Source: Chrysomallon squamiferum
Lineage: Eukaryota; Animalia; Mollusca
Length of the DNA: 64,000 bases
Direction of reading: 5' to 3'
Assembly: GCA_012295275.1 (NCBI GenBank)
Contig: CM022670.1
Span: 30,380,001 to 30,444,000, forward strand
In this document: piece after piece, positions 1-11,646 of the stretch
Layout: each line of letters opens with the position of its first letter
How positions within the stretch are numbered: the stretch's first letter is position 1
Notes under the pieces: generated by a model
Databases searched by the model: none
Seen by the model: only the letters and a program-made list of their open reading frames with translations
Told to the model about the DNA's origin: nothing
Program-made: the position numbers and the translations under genes

Positions 1-1150
1 GTATACACAAAAAAAATATACCATATAGAAAACGCTGCATAAAACAAATACTGAAACACCACACTGAACAAAAAAACAAAAAACAAAAACAAACATAAAC
101 ATCACATCTGCTACGAACACAAATATTCAACAAAAACAAATATATAGATATATACACTCACCAAACAGGTCAAGCACACAATACAACAGACCACACTGCC
201 CAAAAGAACACACCACAGGACACAATCCATAACACACAAAATATAAATGTATACAAGACCATGTAGGACAAAGGACACAAAACATTACATCATAGCGCTA
301 AAAACAACACATCACAGGACACAAACTGTATCTCCTGAAACACAAAACCCTCTCACACAGACGCACACACAAAACACATATAGGGTACTAAATACACACT
401 ACACTGGTCACAAAACCAACAGAAACAACACACACAACACAAAACAGAAACAAGGACATCACCAGACACAAAACACACACATACACATCATACTTGATAA
501 AAAAACACAAACATGCAACAACAGACATATACAGTACTTTGACTGCAGACACCATACAGCTCAAGGCACATAAAACACACACCTCAGCACATATACGAAA
601 TCATACAAAACTCAAACATATAGAAAACACACATTATACATACCATACAGGACAAGGCTCAGAAAACCCTACACTGCACCATCACATGCATCAAATACAC
701 CATATACCAAGTATTCAACACATTACTGGCATGCAAGGCACCATACTGCAATGGTGTTTGCTCTGTGTTGTGTAGGTGGTACATGTGGTGTTTGGTATGT
801 ATGGTGTATGTATGGTGCCACAAGACAGTACAATACCAGTCACAAATCACAAAACACACATTGGCAACACAAAACAAAAAAAATAAACATGCAAACACAA
901 ACCAGACAAAAATTACAAAATGTATATACAAGACAGTACATAGACCACACAGAACATGATACACAGCACACAAGATATCCCAGCAAACATAACAAATCAC
1001 ACAAACACATAGACAACCACCACATGACAAACAAAATTTACACACACAGCAATACACACCAACTCATTCAGGACACACCACACTGGATGCAAGACACACC
1101 ATTCTGCATCTGTCATCAGGAGCAAGACACTCACATGTCCAATGCAACGG
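1..1150. repeat. Degenerate CA/ACA-rich low-complexity tract
   Basis: Strongly A/C-skewed decayed (CA)n-like sequence. The T/H/K- and V/C-rich ORFs in the track here are artefacts. Confidence 0.85.
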
Positions 1151-2114
1151 AAGTAAAGATGCTAATAAATATTCATACAAGTAATACTTGATGAATATTA
1201 CTGTAAACAATACCATTTAAAGCACATTGTGCCACTATTTTTGGAATCAAGAAAAAAAATGATTTTTGTTACTATGTTTATTATTATCACCTTTAAGCAT
1301 TTATTATTCAAAATACTTATGGATCTGGGTGATCAGGAATTAATTCAACAATAATGCGCAAATATTTTAGAACTATAGCAGAGACTTTATTTATTGACAT
1401 GAGCATTTTTATTTTTTGCAATATTATATTTTAGTTAAGTATGACATAAGGGTTCTACAATACATTCCCAGCCTAACATAATGAAAGCCAATATATAAAA
1501 GTCTAATAATTTTATATATATATATATATATATAATCAGTTATTATTATTTTTATTATGCTATACAATATAGTGCAAGCTGGTGGTAAATAAACCGGAAT
1601 AAAAAATTGTTTTTCATATTTGTTAGTAGTTGTTGATGCATATATCCAATATACTTTAAAATCTACCTAACAAAGTCTATAATGGCCATTATCTAATTTG
1701 AATTACTTTTGTCAACTATATTATTATAATTCATATTATCATCATCATCATATTGAGTTGATATTCGCATTAGAGGTTTAGTGTTATGATCCTTCTAAGA
1801 AAAAATATTCAGGTATTTATCATCATCATCATCATAATCATGACCAATACTATTATTACCAGTTCATACCATATATCACTGTAAACTGCTATGTAGAAAA
1901 AGTGAGATTCTCAACACAATTCATTCAGTTATGTAAAGGTATATTTTTTATTAATACTGTGTGTACAATTAATAACACAAATGGAAGATAGCTGATGTCA
2001 AATGCATCTTAATACAAAGTTGATGAGTTAAAAGAAAATTCGAAAATTATTCAAATTCTTAATACAGTCATTAGAATCTGTTGTAATTAATACATTAAAC
2101 TTGTTTTTTAACTG

Positions 2115-4979
2115 TCAGTACTTGATATTAGAACTCATGAATATATGTGCTTCTGTTGGCATTCTTGTTGGCCTCTTCCTGTTTGGGCATGATGGAAGTA
2201 CTAGAAAATTAAAATACGAAACAGACTGTTCATTTGGTTGTAAAATCTGTATTCAAATTTCAACCAATGATTTATGTCAAAGTTTTATTAAACTTTAAAA
2301 AATTATAACATGAGAAATATACTGAATTACAAACAGATTCTATTTCCTTCTGCAACCAAAGGTCAAATAAAGGTATTGATTACCTTTTGTAGCCTTAATT
2401 TGTTTTGATGACTGAAGAGAAAATCTTTGTATCCGGACAACTGCCCCCATTATTCTTCAAATATACCATTCAGAATGATTTTTAAGCAGCATTCCAATAA
2501 ATTAGTCAAAGTGTTACATTAAAGTTGATTAAAGGCATGTGGATAACTAATTCCAGTAAATTAGTCAAACCTACCTAGAGTCAGCTAATTGCTAATTAAA
2601 CTTGATTAAAGGTATTTGGATTGCTATAAAATATCACCTAACATCAAAGGTAACTAGAGGCAACTAATTACTAATTCAGATGCCAAGTTCAACTCATTAG
2701 TCTGGCAGTTTGTTACAATACTGATGAAGAATATGCTTTATTGATCCATCAGATAGCTACAATTGCATTCATTCCAGTGGATGAAGTAATGGCAGCTTTT
2801 GAAGCACTATCAGAAGCTGATGATGATGACTCTGTATTATAAATACTGGAGTACTTTGAGAACAACATCATTGCTCATTGCAGACATGATATATGTTACA
2901 ATGTTGGCAAGCACCAGTGGTTGGAAAAGAATATGCTGCAGACTCACAAAATGGAAGGGTGCCATTATCACCTCCAGCCTACCAACTGAACTTCTGGAAG
3001 TTTATAGACATCTTTAAACATGGATAGGCACTAACACACTGGAAATTTACCAAATAATTGGCAGGGAAGCACATCAACCACTTCATCAAAAATACCAAGA
3101 AGCTTCATTGTGTTTGTTGAGACTAGTCAGAAAGCGTGAAAATCGACACGTCCCAGACTATTTGAATGGAACAGCAGCCAACATCAATGTGTGAAAACTG
3201 AAAAGTTTCAATGAACTCTTGTAAGAAGTACCTTAGTATACATGTTTATAGTTGAGCATGTACTTGTGAATGAACTGTTGCTATACAAAGCTTTACTAGG
3301 GAACTATGGATAGACTACTCTGAATTTCATTTTATATGTCTATTATTTTTTGAAGTGTTAAAAAACTTGTACTTATACATGTATCTATGTTGTTATGCTT
3401 GAAACTCATTATTGGAATAAAAATTGGGGCCAGTTGTTCAGGCGGCATTTATCCTAGAATTGAAAATTTCTTCATGATATTCGTATTCTTCTGTAGTGGC
3501 AAATCTGTTAACACAGTCATTTTTCTATTTCTCTTGAAAGATTTGGTAGGCAACCCTGCCTCCATATTCAATAGCAGACTATTATCTTGTGGACAGAACT
3601 TTGTGATATCTCTGGCAAACTCATCTAACTGACAACTGGCATCAGCATGGACATGTTTCGCATTATAGAGATAGGACAGTGTATGAATTGCAGAGACTTA
3701 CATCATTCTCTTCACACCACTTTCTAATCCAGTGTCATCTTATGGATGGGAAATAGTGGTGACTGCTTTACTGCAGCACATGAACATCTGTGTGAAAACA
3801 CAGTTGTCACTATACAATTCAGGAAGAGAATTTCTGCTGAGGTCAAAATGAGTGAAGACTGCTAATGAAATACTCTTTCAAAACTTGCACTGGCTAAATG
3901 GCATAGTCTTGTCCTCATGTGAGCCCTGTGAGACTTTATAGGTGTCATTAGAAGAACAAAAAGTGGATGTGTCATTACCACTGCTAACTATCTGGTCATG
4001 TGTGATGTTTACTGCTTTCAACGTTACTTCTCGGATTGTATAAAAATGTGCTGTGTACAGTGAATGTTTCAGGAACATCAGTATCAGCCCTGCTCCAGCC
4101 ACAAGACAGGGTGACATTTGCTTCCAAGTAGCTTACAATATAGAACAGTCAAACATCAGTTACATTCCTATACACTAGAAACCATATTTAAACAGCAACT
4201 AATTATTGTTACAACTAAGTTACACAGAAGTATATACATCTTGTTACTCTGTATAACAAATTCTTGAGACATTATAGATGTATACTCCCTGCAAATGAAC
4301 TAATGAATGAAGTAAGATAAATCAACTCAATCAAATACAAGTTTGTACATTTAAAACCTCAAGTTCTTGCAAGGGTCAAAACCAACAGAAGAATAAAGAT
4401 AGGTGTTTCTAATTATAAACTAATACGTATGAACTAAGCCTGTAAGTGTAGATTAAAACCTAGAAACATAGAAAAAGGTTCACATTTTTAGAAGTTAAAA
4501 ATCATCACATTCATCAGCCACCACAGTCAGTCAGAAAGCTTAGAGAAGAGATACAATAAATTATCTACAATTAAAGGTGATATAAATGTATAATTATCAC
4601 AAGCATTCAGTCACAGCAATTCTCGAAATAAATATATGAAATAAAAATGTATTATTATAATTTTAGATGATATAATTTCTGTTTGTTAAATTTTCTTAAG
4701 AGTCTAAACACTGAAGATTTGGATAGCATTGTACAGTTTTGTAAACAAGTATTATTTGTTCATTCAGAATGCTAGATTTTAAAAACAAATGCAAATCACA
4801 GTGTTTGTTATTTAAATGCTTGTTTCATCCCTGTTTATAAGATGTTACCTCCTGTATGCATCATCCAAATAACCTTCTACTGGACAAGAAATGAACCCTG
4901 TAATGGATTTGACATGGAATGGTGCCAGGTACTTATGCTTGAAAACAGCCAGTCAGCTCCATATGACCAACCCCATTTC
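2115..4979 (-). pseudogene. Decayed multi-exon gene of unknown family (exon-like segments ~4979-4849, ~4174-3462 plus 2418-2384, and 2200-2115)
   Basis: A long minus frame 4117-3462 has only three isolated stops (3880-3878 TGA, 3742-3740 TAA, 3700-3698 TAA). It continues in frame across the transposon to a GT donor at 2383 and, phase-compatibly, into a terminal exon (VLPSCPNRKRPTRMPTEAHIFMSSNIKY*). Confidence 0.55.
2428..3461 (+). mobile_element. Degraded Mutator-like (MULE) DNA transposon
   Basis: Frameshifted transposase remnants IAFIPVDEVMAAFEAL..LEYFENN, MEGCH, FWKFIDIFK and DYLNGTAAN are typical of the MULE C-terminal part. Imperfect TIRs: ggacaactgccccc and ggcggcatttatcc. 9-bp TSD-like flanks gaaaatctt (2419-2427) and gaaaatttc (3462-3470). 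Confidence 0.75.
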
Positions 4980-5429
4980 TGTTACAACATACAGTAGATA
5001 AACATATCAATAAAAAAGAAATAATAATAAATAAAGAAATAAAACTAATTACTGAATCATTCTTGTTATGATAATCATCATTAAAATTTATTTTATATTC
5101 CTGGTACTTCTCAACTGATAAACAAATTAACATTTTCATTACCTCTTGTATCCATATATAGTTCATGTTTTAAAAATTAACCAGTTAGATTATGAAACTA
5201 GTGAGTTATGTTACTGTGCTGCGCTATTATTATGTATGTGTATGTCACAATATCATGAGTATGTACCCACACACTCTTATGCAATATATATATATATATA
5301 TATATATATACAACACTTTTTTTCTTTCATCCTTTTCTTCTTTTTTTTTAAATATAACATTTCTGATTTTTTTTTATTACTCTTATTAATTACTTTCAAA
5401 GCAAACAACACATTTATACATCATGGTCA

Positions 5430-6200
5430 TTCAAACTACCGAAATTCGTGGTTGTTCAAATGACTGAGTACGAAGTTGCTGTGGCATAACAGAATTTCAT
5501 GGAGGAGATCATTAGCGTCTTCTATATCAAAGACATATCAATGATATCGGAGAAAGAAAACTGGAAGATACTGTCCCATGGAACATGGACAAATTCTTCT
5601 CTTCTTTTTTTTTTTCAAAAATTCTTAATAACGGTTCAGAGCCACCTCACGTGAAACTTACCGCTTGCGCCAGATGTGTTGCAATTACTGAACTGAATAT
5701 TCATTAAGTGTTAATTTTATTGGCATCTTTACTTCCGTCTCACTCTCTGTCATCTAATCAGACTATTATTATAAATAATCAGTGAAACCACCTTTTGTGT
5801 TAAAAGTGATGAGCGACTAAAGACAGTAGTAAATCTTTTCCTCTCTCAATTGCAATTTTTTAATTTTATTTATTTATTTATGTTATAGTTGTTGTTCTTT
5901 CTTTCTTCTTTTTCTTCTCTATCTAATCCGATTATTATTAACGAAATTAAAATAATTATGCTTACAGATTAACCATACGTATTTGAATTAAGTTATCTCC
6001 CTTTAAAATACAATTCTTTAGTACATTGAAAATATAAAAGTAAACATTGTTTATGTAATGATAATACCTGAGCGACAGTTCATGGCCGGTTGAATAAGCC
6101 ATCTGTGATCGCGTTATTATATACTATTTAAATAGGTATATGTAATTTTCATCGGATTAGTACATGATTAGCCGATCTGTTCGTTAATTCCATGAAGTAT
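5430..6200. promoter_or_regulatory. CpG-retaining putative (bidirectional) promoter region
   Basis: Local excess of CG dinucleotides relative to the flanks. It lies between the 5' ends of the minus pseudogene and the plus coiled-coil gene. Confidence 0.4.
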
Positions 6201-6226
6201 CAAAATAACATTTCTTTTGTTCTTTA

Positions 6227-6262
<36 letters not shown>

Positions 6263-6414
6263 ACACTAGGTGACTGAGGTATGCATGGGAAAGTGGAACG
6301 ATCGAGACATTTGGCTTTCCTTATCATTATCATGATTATGTTATACTCCCAGAAATATATTTCTCTTTTGTTCTTCATTTTAGATTCATTAAAGGATGCA
6401 AAATAAATAAGAAT

Positions 6415-9400
6415 ATGGATTGGGAAAGAAAATTTGCTTCCATTGTCAGAGAAACTGAAGATAATCTGGTTAAAATAAGGGTAAGATAATTTTAAATTTA
6501 GGCTTTATGATGTCACAGATTATTTACAATTTTAAAAAAATGACATTATAAAACTGTTACAGTTAGGTAAATTGTGTAATCTAGGCCTCAGTGTAATTGA
6601 ATATTGGGGCATACAATTTATCCATTTTTTTCTTAGTATTAGTTTAAAACAATATTACAATATTCAGATTCAACTAATAAAATATAATGATGTAAATAAT
6701 GAAAATGATAATACTGTTTTTAATGTTGCAGGAAAAAGTAAATGGAAAAATGGATGCTGGTGAAGATACAAGTTATCATATGTACAAATGTAAGTATCAG
6801 GGTTTACGAAAGGAAGAACTGAAGTTAAAGTTTTTGACATCTTAAATTATTTCTAAAAAGATGGATATGAAATTTGTTTTATCATTATCATTATCATTAT
6901 CATTATGATCATCATCATCATTAGTATCATTATCATTATGAACATTATCCAAAAGTTTCCTTATTAATATATCTAATATGCCATATATGTATGTTAACTA
7001 TTCCACTTATCCTTCATGGATAGTGACTGTAAAAGTGTAATTAAGCATAGAATTGAAATTAACAATAACAACGATTGTTGTTTTTAATATTGCATGAGCT
7101 TTGTTTTTCTTTATAATTTTTAAGTTTAACATTGTAGATCGACCTCCTCATGACAGAAGTAATGTAGACTACTCATCAACCCGATCATCTTGGTTAAGCC
7201 TGTCAGATCAAACACAGATTGCTAGTTCTAACATTGACACTGATCCAAATTATCAAGGTGCTCAGTATCCCAGCAATATACAGTTACACCAGAGACTGCT
7301 TGCACAAAACAAGGTATGCATTTTTAATACCAAAATTAATTTTATATGCCTTGTCTGTCATTAATTAAAGTTAAAGTTCACACCTGATTATTTCAGTTAT
7401 TAATATGAAAATAATTTCTACACTAGTGATGTTTTATATTTTGGTTTTTAATCTACTACTATCTTGTCATTTGTTACATATCTTATGTTTACTTATGTGA
7501 ATTTTCTGACAGCAAAATATAAATATTTATTACATCTTGTTTTGTTTTTTGTGTTTTTTAAAAGCATGGTATATATAAGAAATGGTTTAAATTTAATAAT
7601 TTTAAACTAAAATTCATATGTCTAAATGGTATACAGCCATAGGATGATAGATTAATTAATGTAATTTTTTTTTTTTTGATTGATCAATTATTTCTTTTTG
7701 CTTCTGGTTAAGAAAATGTACTGTTTTTTCTTTCAGACTATTGAAAAGCTTAGCAGACTTGTAACAAGTATGGAAAAGCAACGAAACCAATATAGAAACC
7801 AAATTGATGATCTCAAAGGTAACACTGATATTTTTACAATTTTTGTTACTTCAGATTTGAACATATGTACAGATACAGTATAAAAACCAAACTGATGATT
7901 TCACATAATACCAATACCTTTATTACAAATTATATTACTTCAAGTTTGAACAGTACAAATATAGTACAGAAAACAAACTGACAATTTAAAAGATTATAAT
8001 GGTATCTTTATTACAGTTTATTTTATTTCAAGTTGGATCATGCACAGTAGAAACCAAACTGACAGTCTTAAAGGCAGTACCAATATTTTTATTACAATTT
8101 ATATTACTTCATGTCTGAACCCAATGCAGTATAGAAACTGACAATCTCAAAGGCAATAATTATATCTTTACTATAGTTTATATGACTTCCACTTTGAACA
8201 TTTTTTACATTTGGCGAGTAGTATTAAGGGAGGTAAAATGCAAAGGGCTTTGTATAAATAAATTTGTAGATATATATTTATAAACTGGTTTCTGTTGACC
8301 TTTTTATTTATTTATTTATGAATTTAAGAATCATAAAAGTAGGATTTTAAACCATTTAGATATATTTAGTTATATACATGTACATCAGAAATTAAGGGTT
8401 GTGAATGACTTATAGGGAATTCATTTTAAATAATTTTCTATTTAATTAAAGCTGAAATTGATGCAGTAAGCTCACGCATGATGAATCAAAAACCATCACG
8501 ATTAATAAAGAGACAGATTGATGAAATGAAGGAAGAGGTGACAAGAGAAATAGAGATACTTAGAAACCAGATGATCTCCATCAAAGCCAAAGCAATTCAC
8601 ACACCTTATTCTGACAGCTCTTCACATTTTGTCACTGAGGATCTTAGAAATATGTACGTAATTGCTAGTTGTTATTAAATTATTCATGTTTAAGAAACTT
8701 TATATCAAGAAATATTTTGTAATTCTTAGTTGATATTAATTTAATGTTTATCTAAAATGCTTGGAGCCAGAAATAAATCAGATTTTTTAATATATTTTAT
8801 ATACAGTTTCTGCAGACAGTTTGATTATAGTTTAATATTTTAAATTTTGTAAATGAAAATATGAAAATTAAGATATCACTCTCCCAACTGCTTCAAAAAG
8901 TTTTAAGGATTTAGGAGATTTTTGCATTACAGAAGCTCAGATAAGTATTATTAAACCTGTAGTCTGTTTATTAAGGAGTACTAATGAGCTTTTATTTGTT
9001 GTACTTAAGAACAAAGAAAATAAATAAATTGGTAATATGTTAAAAATTATAGAATGGTCATCATGAACTGATTCTTAATTAATATTGTTAATTTGTTGTT
9101 GTTTTGTTATACATGTATACATATATTGTGTTTAAATTTTGAAATGTAACGTTAAGATTGAACTTTTGCTGTGTTAGTTTATTAATTATATAAAATACTG
9201 ATTTGTGATAAACTTTGTTATTTGGATCTTATTGTACTTATAGGCATGTTGCAATACAAGAAGAGTTACATTACCTCAGAAGAGACTTAGATATTCTCAG
9301 GTCTAGGATAGGTGATTTTTTAAAATACTGTTTTTCTAATCTAAAGTTTAATTTCTGGTATTAATACAATTTTTTCATATTTAAATAGAAAAGAAAAATT

Positions 9401-11490
9401 AATATTACTATTATTATTGTTGTTGTTGTTGTTGTACAGATAATATAAATAATACTGGTCTTTGTATCTCCATATTTTGTTATGTATAGTCTGAATAATA
9501 ATTCTGTCAGATTTTATGATGTTTTAAAAGATGCAATATTATGAATATATCAATATCTTTTTTTTTTTTCTTTTTTTTTAAATTACTTAGTAATTTTCAT
9601 TTTTAATTCTAGGAAGTTTAGAAGAAAATGTTTCTACTTTGTCTGGACAGCAAGAATTACAAAGAAGATCGTCTTTACTTAATTATGTTAGTTCATTTAA
9701 AAATAAAAGTTAATTTATAAACTTGTGCTATTGTGAAAGAAAGACTGTAAAGATAGACAATGAAACACAACTATTTCTTGTTTTAAGTTATCGTTTATAA
9801 TATCCATGTGAAAATCATTTTCTATGAAAAACTAAAAGTAAAGTAATTTAATCACCTAATAAGTAATACATGTTGTTTTTTTTACAATTTCTATAGTTTT
9901 GATTTTTCACTAAAGTATTAATATTCTGCTTTATTTGATTAATTAATAGATGATTGGTTATAGATACATAGATAGACAGACAGATAGATACATAGACAGA
10001 CAGACAGATAGACAGTCAATCTGACAAACAGAAAGGCAGATGAATAAATAGAAAATATAGATGATACACAGACAGACAGATATATACATAGACAGACAGA
10101 CAGATACATATTTTGTCAAATTGTCCATTTTCTTTCTAATCATTACGACAGTAGACTGCCTTTTATAATATTTTTATTTTTCTTATTTTATTAATTCATT
10201 AATGGTTAGAGATAGATAGATATTTTGTCAGATTATCTATTTTCTTTCTGTTTATTTAGGATAATAGATTGCCCAGACAGTATATACTGGAAACTCTAAA
10301 CACTCTGCCAACTGCAGATAAAAGAGTAGAAAAATTACAGCTTGAACATCTGCGGTACAGTGCTAACATTAATATTATGTTAGACAGTTAGCAATTTCTG
10401 GAAAAAGAATGCTAAATAAATTTCTCTATTATAATGTATTGTTATAAACAAATGATTTAATACTGAATATAAGAAAGTTTACTAAAAAAGTTTAGTTTTC
10501 TGAGCAATAGCAATTACCTTGCCATTTGTTTTACCATTTTATTTTTAAATTTAATCTTGATCTTTTCAGACATGCTGTTGGTTTACTAAAGGATAAGATA
10601 GATTCTGTCGAGAAAAAGATGGATAAAGTAACACAGCCAGGAAACTTTGAATTAGCTGGTAATAAACAAAGTTTAAGATTACAAATATTAGACAAATGTA
10701 CAACCCAGATCTAATACATCTGTTTAATATCATAATATTGAAAACAGTATTTAAGAACATATTATTATTTAGTAATTGTAGAGGTGCAGTCATTTTATTC
10801 ATCACAGCAATGGAGTATATATTTATTTTTAATTATTTTATTACTTTATTTTTTAAATAATAGTAACTGATATGGTGTGGGATCCTTTTGCAGATTACAA
10901 AAAGAAGCTGTTAAATAAGTACAGTTACAGAGTAGATGATAATTTATCCAATGATGGTGATGATGATTATGATGATGATCTGGATTCTTTGGATATTGAT
11001 GACCTCGACATTGATGAAGATGATATTGCCAGTGGTAATGAAGGTCTTACAGAAGCAGAACTTCCAGAATCGGTCAAAGAAAAGAAATCCAAGGTTGAAA
11101 GATGTAAGTTTTTTTCAGTGGCTGATAAATTTTGCATGAATAGCAGATATTATAATTTATGGAAACAGTTAATTAGATATCAACATAAAATTGCAAAAAA
11201 ACAATTTAGATGTGAAAAAAAAAAATTAAATTATTAACAGTAAGATATCATCATTGCAGCTATAGTTGAGAGATAGCAGCAGAATATTCCACATCTCAGT
11301 GGCTAATGCTAGATATATATCTTTTTAAAAATCTCCCTTTTTGAAATGTAATTAATTTGTATATAGATACTTTATTGTTTTAAAATTATTTGCAGGCAAT
11401 GAAAACACCTCAGATCTGGATGACTTGGATCTACATGATAACAAAAATACAGAAAGTATATCCTCTGGATTATCTACATCTGATGTTTAA
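6415..11490 (+). CDS. Uncharacterised coiled-coil protein with acidic C-terminal region (~404-414 aa, 11 coding exons)
   Basis: Exons 6415-6480, 6732-6789, 7138-7313, 7737-7818, 8452-8653, 9244-9311, 9613-9686, 10260-10354, 10570-10658, 10894(or 10864)-11103 and 11396-11490 are all GT-AG and phase-consistent. Translation runs MDWERKFASIVRETEDNLVKIR through heptad-like segments and DDDYDDDLDSLDIDDLDIDEDD to STSDV*. Confidence 0.85.
7790..8200 (+). repeat. Degenerate ~85-bp tandem repeat (5 units) starting inside exon 4 and spanning its donor
   Basis: Recurring tagaaaccaaa(c/t)tga...aaagg...ttacttca...tgaac units. Confidence 0.8.
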
Positions 11491-11609
11491 GACAGCTCTA
11501 CTTATTAATTAACATAATCAACACTATTTAAATTGAAATATTTCTGTGTTTTTTTAGTTTGTATTTTTTTTTAACTCTGTATAAGGTTATTTTCATTCTA
11601 TTTTTTAAA

Positions 11610-11646
<37 letters not shown>

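Noticed and set aside
247-1191. Multiple overlapping ORFs rich in T/H/K or V/C
   Set aside because: They are translations of degenerate (CA)n/(TG)n sequence. The same applies to the ORFs at 20200-20560, 25594-25926, 32704-32919 and 63413-63690.
3698-3880. Stop-codon readthrough or selenocysteine explanation for the in-frame stops
   Set aside because: Two of the three stops are TAA and the exon is also transposon-interrupted. Pseudogenisation is simpler.
6270-6278. Possible 9-nt 5' UTR micro-exon (ctag|GTGACTGAG|gtatgc)
   Set aside because: Only splice-like dinucleotides support it, and it cannot be tested without transcripts.
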